DNA of 64,000 bases from a virus. This document shows, piece after piece, positions 36,316 through 45,071 of this stretch. The position numbers were made by a program, and so were the translations under genes. Numbering within the stretch: position 1 is the stretch's first letter; every line of letters begins with the position of its first letter. The DNA is taken from the IMG/VR virus record IMGVR_UViG_3300023118_000001, positions 1-64,000 of that record. One strand, given 5' to 3'. Under the pieces are notes generated by a model, which was given only the letters and a program-made list of their open reading frames with translations, had not been told where the DNA came from and made no database searches.

Positions 36316-36622
36316 TCCCACCTACGGGGAAGTGCTACTGAGCATTCGTATTGTGTTTCACATGATCACGTTCTTTTCGGTCATCTGTTACAGCAGCGAA
36401 TCACGCACACGATGGTTCTCCAGTATGTTGGCGTTCTGCCTGGCGGGTTCCTCGCTGGCACTGGCCACACAGTCCTACACCAAGTTCTCCACCATGGCGC
36501 CCAACTCAGAAGTCTGGCTGGTGATCTTCGTCGGAGTGGTCACGATCCTTGTTGTCGCTAACGGCGGCAACGTCGCAAAAGTCCTACACAACACTCGAAA
36601 GAGGCTACCCTATGGACGCTAA
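36305..36622 (+). CDS. putative second holin/antiholin
   Basis: Three hydrophobic segments, GGNVAKV, basic C-terminus. Confidence 0.7.
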   Translation: MNNDPTYGEVLLSIRIVFHMITFFSVICYSSESRTRWFSSMLAFCLAGSSLALATQSYTKFSTMAPNSEVWLVIFVGVVTILVVANGGNVAKVLHNTRKRLPYGR

Positions 36623-37154
36623 GACGCTGGCTGCAGCCGTGGGCATTTCCCTGTCCCGGGCCCAACGGTGGGAAGGACCCATCAACGAAGCGCTGAAGTT
36701 CGCTGACATCACCCTAACCAGATCTATAGCTTCGTTTCTGGCGCAGACCGGGCACGAGAGCAATAGCTTTGAATGGCTCAAAGAGTTCGGCAACGACAAG
36801 TACCTCAGCCGGTATGACACCGGCGCGCTGGCCAAGCGCCTGGGCAACACGCCCGAAGCGGACGGCGACGGGCAGCTGTACGCCGGCCGTGGCCTGATCC
36901 AGATCACCGGCAAGTACAACTACCAGCAGCTGAGCCAGGCACTGTTCGGAGACGACCGCCTGCTCAAGCACCCCGAGATCCTCGAGGAGTTGAAGTACGC
37001 TGCGCTGTCGGCGGCCTGGTACTGGAAGAAGAACAAGCTGAACAGCCTGTCCAACGACATCCTGGCGCAGACCAAGGCAATCAACGGTGGGCTGACCGGC
37101 ATTGAGGATCGCAAGATCCGCATGAGCCGCGCGCTCAAGGCGCTGGGTGCGTGA
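36612..37154 (+). CDS. endolysin, glycoside hydrolase family 19
   Basis: FLAQTGHES, YAGRGLIQITGKYNY, AAWYW, TKAINGG. Confidence 0.93.
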   Translation: MDAKTLAAAVGISLSRAQRWEGPINEALKFADITLTRSIASFLAQTGHESNSFEWLKEFGNDKYLSRYDTGALAKRLGNTPEADGDGQLYAGRGLIQITGKYNYQQLSQALFGDDRLLKHPEILEELKYAALSAAWYWKKNKLNSLSNDILAQTKAINGGLTGIEDRKIRMSRALKALGA

Positions 37155-37687
37155 TGTTCGACCTGAAGATCCTGATCATTGCCGTCGGCGCCGCCCTTTT
37201 GGGCGGCGCTGGCGTTGGAGGGTGGGTGGCTTGGGAGATGCGCGACACCCAGGCCAATCTGCAGCTGCTCGATCTGCGCAAGACCTACGACGACGCCACA
37301 GCGGCGGCGCAGCGGGAATCGCACCAGGTGGAGATGAAGCTGCAGGATCAAATCAACGAGCTGGGGAAGAAGACCGGTGAAGAGCAGAACCAGATTGATC
37401 ACAACGTCGCTGCTGCTGGTGACAGCACTGGCGGGCTGCTGCAGGCAGCAGCCAAGCGTTTCAGTGCCACCGCCTGTGATCCCGGAGTTGCCCGCCGTGG
37501 CCAGGCAGCAACCTCGGCCGCCTATCTGTATTCCCAGTTGCTTGGAGAATCTCAGCTCCTGGCAAAAGGCCTGGCAGAAGAAGCTGACAGAGCCCGAAGT
37601 GCAGGTGCCTCTTGCGAAGTAGCCTATGATTTGGTGCGTAAGGGATTGAAGGATCTTGCGAAGGGGCCGGCCGTAACCGGTGGGTGA
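37151..37687 (+). CDS. i-spanin (Rz-like)
   Basis: N-terminal TM, coiled coil, AEEADRAR..CE.AYD. Confidence 0.88.
   Translation: MMFDLKILIIAVGAALLGGAGVGGWVAWEMRDTQANLQLLDLRKTYDDATAAAQRESHQVEMKLQDQINELGKKTGEEQNQIDHNVAAAGDSTGGLLQAAAKRFSATACDPGVARRGQAATSAAYLYSQLLGESQLLAKGLAEEADRARSAGASCEVAYDLVRKGLKDLAKGPAVTGG
37377..37622 (+). CDS. o-spanin (Rz1-like lipoprotein) embedded in Rz
   Basis: Lipobox LAGC, Pro-rich, alternative frame inside Rz. Confidence 0.85.
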   Translation: MKSRTRLITTSLLLVTALAGCCRQQPSVSVPPPVIPELPAVARQQPRPPICIPSCLENLSSWQKAWQKKLTEPEVQVPLAK

Positions 37688-37747
37688 AGGTAGATTACAG
37701 TGGTATATTGCGCTCATATCAAGTAGCAGGACTCACAGGGAGTGTGT

Positions 37748-38068
37748 ATGCAAATCAATCGCGGCGACTCGTTCATGCTCCCGCTGCAGGTTTTCGTCGA
37801 CAATGCAGCGCAAGACTGCACCAACTGGCAGGTCTTCGCCTCCTACGGCACGGACGTCAAACGCCTGGGTGACTTCGAGATCGTCTGGCAGGATCGCACG
37901 GTCGGCTCGTTCTTCCTCAGCGCTGAGACTGATACCTGGCCCCTCGGCAACATGAGCTTTGACATCACCTACGTCACCGACGTCGGCCAGGAGATCACCA
38001 CGCAGCGTGTGAAGTTCGAAGTGCTGCGCCGCCTGACTCCGGTGCCACTGCCGAGCAACGCGCCATGA
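37748..38068 (+). CDS. Ig-like/BppU-N-like virion protein
   Basis: INRGDSF..T..WP.G...FDI pattern; extended -10 TGgTATATT at 37701-37709. Confidence 0.6.
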   Translation: MQINRGDSFMLPLQVFVDNAAQDCTNWQVFASYGTDVKRLGDFEIVWQDRTVGSFFLSAETDTWPLGNMSFDITYVTDVGQEITTQRVKFEVLRRLTPVPLPSNAP

Positions 38069-38361
38069 TCGTCGCGACCCACACGCCGATCGGCGTCATC
38101 ACCACCGAGATCACCGTCACCGATTCTCAAATCCTGATCGTGACCACCGAAGGTGTGTCCACGGCGAGCATGCCCGCGTTCAAGGTAGAGACCCGAGAAG
38201 CGGCGCTGCGTGGGCCACGCGGTCCCAGCGCCGTGGAGGCGCAGATCAGCGCTGACCCTGACAACCGTCTGAAGCCAGGTAGTGACGGCGGGCTGTACGT
38301 CGCCGACAACCTAGACCCCAACCCGCTTGACCACTACCTATTAGAACGAGGGATCATCTAA
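38065..38361 (+). CDS. fibre-module protein
   Basis: RGPRGPS and ISADPDNRL..GSDGGLYV. Confidence 0.65.
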   Translation: MIVATHTPIGVITTEITVTDSQILIVTTEGVSTASMPAFKVETREAALRGPRGPSAVEAQISADPDNRLKPGSDGGLYVADNLDPNPLDHYLLERGII

Positions 38362-38855
38362 TGTCTTTGGAAACCAAACTGGTAGCGTTTGCTGCCGCCA
38401 ACGGCGCTGACATCAAGCTGCTGAACTCCCGCATCGGTGCGCTGGCCAACCTGCCAACCACCGCCAAAGACAACGTGGTCAACGCGATCGTCGAGTTGTA
38501 CGGCCTGCTGGGTTCAGCGGGTGCGGTGATCGACGATGGCGCGGGCGACGGTGCGACCTCGGTCACCTGGTCGGCGAACAAGATCTACGACATGATCGAA
38601 GCGGCCAAGGCCGCCGTGAAGTCGGACATCCTCGGCGGTGCCAGCGCAGCCTTCGACACGCTGAAGGAACTGCAGGACCTGATCACCGGCGACGAGAGCA
38701 TCGTCTCCGCGCTGATCACCAAGGTCGGCGAGAAGGTCAGCTTCGCTGAAGCCCAGGCGCTGACCACAGCGCAGAAGCTGCAGGCCTGCACCAACATCGG
38801 CATTGGCAACCCGGAAGTGGACCTGGTGGCTGCGTACAACGCTGCCAAGGCCTAA
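38361..38855 (+). CDS. fibre-module structural protein
   Basis: LPTTAKDNVVNAIVEL, TWSANKI, GASAAFDTLKEL. Confidence 0.75.
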   Translation: MSLETKLVAFAAANGADIKLLNSRIGALANLPTTAKDNVVNAIVELYGLLGSAGAVIDDGAGDGATSVTWSANKIYDMIEAAKAAVKSDILGGASAAFDTLKELQDLITGDESIVSALITKVGEKVSFAEAQALTTAQKLQACTNIGIGNPEVDLVAAYNAAKA

Positions 38856-38858
38856 GTC

Positions 38859-39368
38859 GTGAGCCTGGCCAGCAGAGTCCTGGAGTACGTCCAGGCCGCG
38901 GGCGCTGACGTCAAATCCCTGATCAGCGGGCTGGCTGACAAAGTCGACAAAGTCGCAGGGAAGGGGCTCAGCGCCAACGACTACACCACGACCGAGAAGG
39001 ACAAGCTCGCGGCCTTGATGCCGGCCGGCCGTGAGAAACTGGTGGTCATCGCGGCTGCCACAGGCACGGTGACGCTGAACCTGGCGCTGTCGAACAACTT
39101 CGAACTGACGCTGACCGGCAACACCACCATCGCGCTGTCCAACATCCCGACCATTCCAGCCGGCGAGGTGTACTGGTTCACGGTGCGGGTGATCTCGGGC
39201 GGGACCAAGTACACGCTGGCCTGGGCAACCACGCCGCTGGTGCTGACCTGGCTGAACACCACGGCCGGCGCACCAGGTGACAGTGCTTTGGCAGGCAAGG
39301 TAGTGGAGTTCCTGATGTCGACCAGCAACGGCACCACTGGCTACGCGCGTAAGGCGTCGGGCAATTGA
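38859..39368 (+). CDS. fibre protein
   Basis: N-terminus paralogous to the previous gene; KVDKVAGKGLSANDYTTTEKDKL fibre repeat. Confidence 0.75.
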   Translation: MSLASRVLEYVQAAGADVKSLISGLADKVDKVAGKGLSANDYTTTEKDKLAALMPAGREKLVVIAAATGTVTLNLALSNNFELTLTGNTTIALSNIPTIPAGEVYWFTVRVISGGTKYTLAWATTPLVLTWLNTTAGAPGDSALAGKVVEFLMSTSNGTTGYARKASGN

Positions 39369-40006
39369 GTTTCGCCATGGCGCTGTTCGGGTGCGTGCCA
39401 CCGTCAGGCGGACCCGCTGTGGGCGATTCCTTCGGCGGTGGCATCTTCATTGGCAAGCTCACGATCAACGGGCTGATCTACAACATCATCGCGGCGCCGA
39501 AGGCTACAGGGCAGCCGTCCGTGGTGGGCCTCTACAAGAACACTCCGGAAGTCTTCACCGGTGCAACGTCGACCAACGACGGGCTGCTGATCCGCGACAA
39601 CATGATTGCGGCCGGCATCGAGAAGTTCCCGATGCAGCAGTGGTGCAACGCGCTGACCATCGGAGGGAAGACCGACTGGGTGCTGCCTCCAAAGGACTGG
39701 ATGGAACTGGCCTACCGCGTGGCCAAGCCAACCACAGCCACCAACGTGACCACGTCAGGGCGTAACACAAGCAGCATCCCTCCTACGACGGTCAACTACA
39801 CAACGACCAACCCTGCACAGACACCTGTGACTGCGCTGAGGTCGGGCGGGGCTCAATCTTTCAGCAGTGATTATTATGCGTGCGCAACCGCTGGCACCAC
39901 TGCAGGCACATACCTGCTGAAGCGGATGACAACTGGCGCTGATTATTCCGAAGCTTACGAATACGATCACATCTACCGGGCGTTCCGGTGTGAACTCGCA
40001 GCGTAG
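39365..40006 (+). CDS. DUF1566/C-type-lectin-like receptor-binding protein
   Basis: GDSFGGGIFIG, GGKTDWVLP, terminal YRAFR. Confidence 0.65.
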   Translation: MSFAMALFGCVPPSGGPAVGDSFGGGIFIGKLTINGLIYNIIAAPKATGQPSVVGLYKNTPEVFTGATSTNDGLLIRDNMIAAGIEKFPMQQWCNALTIGGKTDWVLPPKDWMELAYRVAKPTTATNVTTSGRNTSSIPPTTVNYTTTNPAQTPVTALRSGGAQSFSSDYYACATAGTTAGTYLLKRMTTGADYSEAYEYDHIYRAFRCELAA

Positions 40007-40014
40007 TAGGGGAA

Positions 40015-40036
40015 GAGGGCAGCGATCGCTGCCCTC
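40015..40036. repeat. perfect 22-bp palindrome at the convergence of the two arms
   Basis: GAGGGCAGCGATCGCTGCCCTC. Confidence 0.85.
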
Positions 40037-40043
40037 GGTGTTG

Positions 40044-40769
40044 CTAGGCGTGGGTCCAGTAGAACTGACCTTTCAGCCTCATGCCTTCCGGCGTGACGTA
40101 CTCCATGATGCCGTCGCGATCGCGCAAGTGTTGGGTACGCTGCGCCTTGACCACGATGTCTTCGTCGCAAACGGCGTCACCGGTGAAGCGGGTGCCGGCC
40201 GGGATCTTGATCAGCAGTGGGCTCTCCACCGGAGGCAGCGGGCTGCTTGGCGGGTTCCAGTGAGTCTCCTCGCCGGCGCCGTTCATCACTACCCTCACAC
40301 CGACTGACGTGGGCTCAGCAAGCTCCTCGATGAAGGCCAACTCAAGCACGCCGTCCTCAAGAATTCTGAACCGGCCTGTCGAGCAGCTCAGCGTCTTCGC
40401 AGCGTACCCGACGGCGCCATAGCTGTTGCGGGGTATACGAGCATAGCCAAAAGGCCTGCCAGGCTCCATGTCCTTGTTGGGGATGCCGGTGAAAACGATG
40501 TCGGGATAGACCACCCGCGCTGCGTAGTCCACGCCCTGCGAGATCAGGCGTTCAGAGCCTTCTTCGATCATCCGCAGTGCAACAACCTGAACCGCCTCGC
40601 ACACCAAAGGCTCCTTGCCGAACTTCTTCAGCTGCTCCAGCACATGGGTAACGCTGCGCTGCGAGGAGAGGTGCAACAACTCCTCCCGTAGCTGTTCCAG
40701 GTTCAACACCAGATAAGAGAGCGCTGTCAGGCGCTCCCGTTCCTGCTCCAGCGCATTGAAATCCATCAT
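40044..40769 (-). CDS. hypothetical protein
   Basis: 241-aa coupled ORF. Confidence 0.75.
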   Translation of the reverse strand: MMDFNALEQERERLTALSYLVLNLEQLREELLHLSSQRSVTHVLEQLKKFGKEPLVCEAVQVVALRMIEEGSERLISQGVDYAARVVYPDIVFTGIPNKDMEPGRPFGYARIPRNSYGAVGYAAKTLSCSTGRFRILEDGVLELAFIEELAEPTSVGVRVVMNGAGEETHWNPPSSPLPPVESPLLIKIPAGTRFTGDAVCDEDIVVKAQRTQHLRDRDGIMEYVTPEGMRLKGQFYWTHA

Positions 40770-40984
40770 GCGTCATCCTCCAGCATTGCCAACACTTCAA
40801 ACTCGACCTCGACGCCCTCGGCATGCTCCACCTTAAGCTCGCCGATGCCGCCAGGCATGGTGAAAACGTAACCGCCATCCGTGATCTTGCCCTTCACCTC
40901 GCGGCTGTGACCGCCAGGGGTGGTGAAGATGACAGTGGCACCGTCATTCCCTTTCCCGAGCTTTTCCAAGCTGATTTTCCACAT
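40766..40984 (-). CDS. hypothetical protein (72 aa)
   Basis: SD GAGGA; coupled to the next gene. Confidence 0.65.
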   Translation of the reverse strand: MWKISLEKLGKGNDGATVIFTTPGGHSREVKGKITDGGYVFTMPGGIGELKVEHAEGVEVEFEVLAMLEDDA

Positions 40985-40986
40985 GT

Positions 40987-41451
40987 TCAGTCCTCGCATT
41001 TTACGTGGTAGATGGTTTCGTTGCGGTCGCGGTAGGCCTTGGCCTGTGCGGACAGCTCGGCCTGGATTTCGCTGCGCGTCTTGACCGAGCCGTCAGCGTT
41101 GGTGTTGAACGGGTTCAGCGTTTGCATGAACTCCTTCGTCCGGGTGCACTTATTGCCGCACTTTCCACACGGCGCCGTGGTCTTGTGGGTCAGCTTGACC
41201 ACTTCAAAGGTGTGTCGAGTGGTACGCATAAGTCTCTCCGCATGACAGATTGAAACTGAGGACATCTGGCTGTGCTCGATGTACAGCTGCCCGTCACCAG
41301 GCACATCGACCGCTACAGGCTCATCGGCGTAGCGCCGGATCATCCCCTTCCAGACCACCTCACCACCGTCATCGGTGGTGAACGTGATCTCGGTCGGGGC
41401 GATCAGTTGGCCACACTGAAAGTGGGCCTGGGAGATCACGAGCTTGTGCAT
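40987..41451 (-). CDS. hypothetical protein with CxxC..HxxC motif
   Basis: CGKCGNKC, TLNPFN, HVKC. Confidence 0.7.
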   Translation of the reverse strand: MHKLVISQAHFQCGQLIAPTEITFTTDDGGEVVWKGMIRRYADEPVAVDVPGDGQLYIEHSQMSSVSICHAERLMRTTRHTFEVVKLTHKTTAPCGKCGNKCTRTKEFMQTLNPFNTNADGSVKTRSEIQAELSAQAKAYRDRNETIYHVKCED

Positions 41452-41452
41452 A

Positions 41453-43717
41453 TCAGTCCCCCACGTTCACAATGTTTTCCGCCAGAGCCTGGTCGGTCTC
41501 GCGGTGAGTGATCAGCAGCACCTGCTTGGCACTGCCGGCGATCATCGCAGCCAGGGAGGCTGCGTTGTGCTCACGGCACGACTCAGTCGGCTCGTCGAAG
41601 CTGAGCAAGCTGTCCTTGCCGTACAGCGCCCGGGCCAGGCCCACACGCAGCGAGACGCCGATCATGGCCTTCTGCGCACCCGAAGCCGAAGCCGTGGGAG
41701 CGAGCACGCCGTCCTCCTCGTAGAAGAAGTCGCCCTCGTCGTTGGTCACCTTGGTGATGGTGTCCTTCGACGCGGTGCGCACCAGGCGGGTGGCCACGCC
41801 CATGATGGTGTCCCACACTTCCTTCAGGTACTGCTGGCGGCGATCGCGCAGGAACTGCACCAGGCGGGCGTACTTCTTGGCCAGCTTGGTGAACTCCAGG
41901 GCCTTGACCGCCTTCTCTTTGTGGCTGTCGCACTTGGCTTCAGCTGCAGCGACCAACTGGGTGTGCATGCGGACTTCGGACTTGGCCTCGCTGATGGCGA
42001 AGGTCAGGGCCTGCTTGCGGGTGTTGAACGTGGTCAGCGCGTCCTGATAGTCCGCCTCAGCCTTCACCGCTGCAGCCAGTTCATCGTCGGTCGGCGGCTC
42101 AGGCATGGCCTCCAGCTCGTCGTTGAGCAGCTGCAGAGTGACCTCGTTCTCCAGCAGCGCCTTCTCAGCCTTGGCCAGGGCTTCCTTGTCGGTGTTGAAC
42201 ACCGAGTTGGCTTCGTTGATACCCTTGAGCTTGGCGTTCAGGTCAGCGTAGGCCTCACGGCTGGAGGCCAGTTCTGCAGTGGCTTCGTCAAGCTCCTTCT
42301 GGATCACTTCAGCGCTGCGCAGCGCTGCCAGGGCGGTAGTGTTGGCCTTGTGACCTTCGAGGGCCTTGTCCAGCGCGGCGGCTGCAGCGTTGTAGGCTGC
42401 GTGTTTTTCGACGCGGCTCTTCAGGTCGGCCTTCACGTTGTTTATCGAGGCCTGATAGTCAGCGGCGGACTTCTTGCAGGTCTCCCAGTAGACGCGCGCC
42501 TCCTCAGCTTCTGCAGCCAGCTTAGCAGGGTCGTGCTCCTCCTTGGCTCGGTTGCAAGTAGGGCACACAGCGCCGTCAGCCAGCTTCAGCAGGTTGTCGT
42601 AGGCGCCCTTGGCTTTGCCGACGGCTTCCTGACGGGTAGCGAGTTCCACCTCAGCTGCCGGAATATCGATGTTCATCTTGTCGATGACAAATTGGTTGCT
42701 ATCTTCGTTGAACTCGACCCAGTCAGCGTTGAATTCCACCTGCCGGGTGTCCAGCACCAGATCCGACTCGTCGGTGTCCTGCTGCACAGCCCTGCGGTGC
42801 GAAGCCTCGTCCTGCAGGTTCTTTTCCTTGACCGCCAGCTCGCCGCCAGCAGTTTTGGACTGCTGCAATTTAGCCTGCAGCGCTGCAGCGTCCTGCAGTT
42901 CACGACCTTCGAGCCGGGCCTGGGCCTCGGTGACGCGCTCCTGCATGTTTTTGACCTGAACCTCGGCCACGCCAATCTTGTTGGACAGGGTGTCGACGTC
43001 GCGGATCGCCTGACGCATCGCTTCGGACGACGCCGGCTTGGCCAGGCTGAACTCGCCGTGTGTCACCAGGTCGGACTCAGCGACTTCAACCGCAGTGGTG
43101 GCTAGCTTCAGGGCTTCCTGGGCGCTGTCACGCTCGGCGGCTGCGGCGGCGATGTCTTCTTCCGCCACGGTGTTGGCATCGGCGTGGCTGTTGTTCAGTG
43201 TGGCCTGGCGCTGGGCCTCGGCCTGCACCTTGTCGATCAGGTCGACGCCGGCGAACTCTTCGACCTTGCGGTTCAGCGCTGCAGCGCCGAAGTCCAGGAT
43301 GCCGGCCGAGGAGCCCTGCTTTGATTGCACGAACAGGTTCCAGTCCTTGGCCTTCAGGCCGAGCAGCGACTCGATCTCGGCGGTGACCGGCGTGCTGCCG
43401 TTGGCCACGATGGTGTCTGCCTGGCCTTCCACCATGCGCAGCAGCTTGGCAGTGGTGCCGGTGCGGGTGACATGGTAGGTGCCGCAAGGCAGTTGGAAGG
43501 TCAGCTCGATGCTGAACTTGGTCTGGCCCCAGGTGGGGATGTTTTCTTTCTTGCCAGGCACGACGGTGACGCCGAACAGGGCAGCTTCGATGGCTTGCAG
43601 GGTGGTCGATTTACCGCGGGCGTTGTCGCCCGCAATCACGTTCAGGCCTTTGGTGAACAGGCAGCTGAAGTTGCCCAACTTCTTGAAGTTGGTAGTGACG
43701 AGTTTTAACAGACGCAT
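41453..43717 (-). CDS. SbcC/Rad50-like SMC ATPase
   Basis: GDNARGKST, CPTC Zn hook, SGAQK, FDEPT, ITHR; SD AGGAGG at 43717. Confidence 0.93.
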   Translation of the reverse strand: MRLLKLVTTNFKKLGNFSCLFTKGLNVIAGDNARGKSTTLQAIEAALFGVTVVPGKKENIPTWGQTKFSIELTFQLPCGTYHVTRTGTTAKLLRMVEGQADTIVANGSTPVTAEIESLLGLKAKDWNLFVQSKQGSSAGILDFGAAALNRKVEEFAGVDLIDKVQAEAQRQATLNNSHADANTVAEEDIAAAAAERDSAQEALKLATTAVEVAESDLVTHGEFSLAKPASSEAMRQAIRDVDTLSNKIGVAEVQVKNMQERVTEAQARLEGRELQDAAALQAKLQQSKTAGGELAVKEKNLQDEASHRRAVQQDTDESDLVLDTRQVEFNADWVEFNEDSNQFVIDKMNIDIPAAEVELATRQEAVGKAKGAYDNLLKLADGAVCPTCNRAKEEHDPAKLAAEAEEARVYWETCKKSAADYQASINNVKADLKSRVEKHAAYNAAAAALDKALEGHKANTTALAALRSAEVIQKELDEATAELASSREAYADLNAKLKGINEANSVFNTDKEALAKAEKALLENEVTLQLLNDELEAMPEPPTDDELAAAVKAEADYQDALTTFNTRKQALTFAISEAKSEVRMHTQLVAAAEAKCDSHKEKAVKALEFTKLAKKYARLVQFLRDRRQQYLKEVWDTIMGVATRLVRTASKDTITKVTNDEGDFFYEEDGVLAPTASASGAQKAMIGVSLRVGLARALYGKDSLLSFDEPTESCREHNAASLAAMIAGSAKQVLLITHRETDQALAENIVNVGD

Positions 43718-43746
43718 GGCGCCTCCTATATGGGATAAGTCGCTAG

Positions 43747-44001
43747 TTAGCGAGAGTACACGTTGCGGATGGCTACAGCCAGCGGGCTGATGTTCAGGTT
43801 GATTGGCCGGGGGTTGGGATCGCGCTGAGCCTCCAGCGCCTCCCGCAGCCAGTTCATGCTTTGCTCGCTCTTGCCGCACTGGCTGAAGTTGCGAGCGACG
43901 ACGCTGTACCGGTCCGATGGCGTGCTTTCACGGATCAGCCGACCCACCGCAAAGGGCGCGGCGCGCCCTTCGATGAAAGCCTGCATGCTGTACGGGTTCA
44001 C
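43747..44001 (-). CDS. hypothetical protein
   Basis: 84-aa coupled ORF. Confidence 0.55.
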   Translation of the reverse strand: MNPYSMQAFIEGRAAPFAVGRLIRESTPSDRYSVVARNFSQCGKSEQSMNWLREALEAQRDPNPRPINLNISPLAVAIRNVYSR

Positions 44002-44594
44002 AGCGCTTCCACCGCAGCCATGTACTCCCCGAAGTCTTCACTCTGGTGGTGGGAGTAGGCCAGCTTCTTGATGAAGGCCTTATGGATCGCAGCGTCGGCA
44101 GCCTGCGCCACCTCGGCGGCCACTTCCACGCCCTGAGCAAGCTCCGGCAGGTCGATGTCGACCAGCATGGCAGCTGCCTTCACGTCGAACAGCTCGCGGA
44201 TCAGCGCCTCTCGGTTGGTCTCCATGCTGTGGCCATACGGGCTGCAGCTGTCGAAGCCGTGGCGCTTGATTTTCATTATCGACTGGATCACCTCAGCGCA
44301 CTCCTCAGCGAGGATGTCCAGTCGCTCGGCCTGGGCCGGGGTCAGCTCGTTGAAGTGGGCGTCAGCCAGCTGACCAATCCACGGCGCCGGCTCCTCGCTT
44401 TGTGGGCGAAGGAACAGTTCCGCCTTGCCGGCCGCACGCTCAAGGCGCTCGATGTCACCCTCGGGCAGTAAACCTTTTGAGGTCAGTTCGTCCACCTCTG
44501 CCACCAGATCCTCGAGTATGTCCGCCACCGCGTTGGTGGCGCCGGGGATGCCCTGCGCGATGTTGCAGTAACCGTTGAATCGGAAATTGTTCAT
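43998..44594 (-). CDS. MazG-like nucleotide pyrophosphohydrolase
   Basis: LAEECAEVIQ..K..RHG..ELFDV. Confidence 0.7.
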   Translation of the reverse strand: MNNFRFNGYCNIAQGIPGATNAVADILEDLVAEVDELTSKGLLPEGDIERLERAAGKAELFLRPQSEEPAPWIGQLADAHFNELTPAQAERLDILAEECAEVIQSIMKIKRHGFDSCSPYGHSMETNREALIRELFDVKAAAMLVDIDLPELAQGVEVAAEVAQAADAAIHKAFIKKLAYSHHQSEDFGEYMAAVEAL

Positions 44595-44929
44595 CCGGCG
44601 TACCCCTGGTCAGCGTTGTAGATGTAGGACGGCTGCTCGAAGATGTTCAGCACGCCTTCGTGGACGGTGTGGGTTTCGGCCGGACCAAAGTTGCAGCTGT
44701 CGGTGCGGATGGCGTAGTTGATCTGGCAGCCGGCGATGGTCATGTTGCCGCACTCGACGTACCAGTTGGTGGAGTGAGCGTTGGTCTTCAGGCCCAGCGT
44801 CTCCGTGGCGTCCATGACCGAGTTGACGGTGCCGAACACAGCCTTGTACTGCCGACCGTCCGGCGCGGTGAACCAGTTGTGGGTGGTGATCAGGGCTGTC
44901 TTACCGATTTGCAGGTTTTTAGGCGTCAT
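44591..44929 (-). CDS. hypothetical protein
   Basis: WFTAPDGRQYKAVFG, NWYV..GNMTIAGCQI. Confidence 0.75.
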   Translation of the reverse strand: MTPKNLQIGKTALITTHNWFTAPDGRQYKAVFGTVNSVMDATETLGLKTNAHSTNWYVECGNMTIAGCQINYAIRTDSCNFGPAETHTVHEGVLNIFEQPSYIYNADQGYAG

Positions 44930-45060
44930 GCGGACTTCCTTTTAAAGTAATTAGGGCATTCAGGCTGGTAGCAGCCTCGCGATAGTGACCAGAAGGTTCG
45001 GCGCCGGGTCCCGCTCCCGCAGAGTGGACACGGGCTGCCGCAGCCTGTTCCCACACGCAT
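44926..45060 (-). CDS. small zinc-ribbon-like protein (44 aa, not in ORF track)
   Basis: CPLC...CYQPEC; stop overlaps the ATG of the next gene. Confidence 0.55.
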   Translation of the reverse strand: MRVGTGCGSPCPLCGSGTRRRTFWSLSRGCYQPECPNYFKRKSA

Positions 45061-45071
45061 CAGCGGAGGCT

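Noticed and set aside
39365-40006. Diversity-generating retroelement targeting the CLec-like gene
   Set aside because: No reverse transcriptase or template repeat was seen in the window, and the variable-looking codons do not follow the NNC pattern expected from AAC templates; it cannot be excluded outside the window
43718-43879. N-terminal extension of SbcC in the ORF track (808 aa)
   Set aside because: The strong SD and family-typical N-terminus start at 43717; the extension overlaps another ORF
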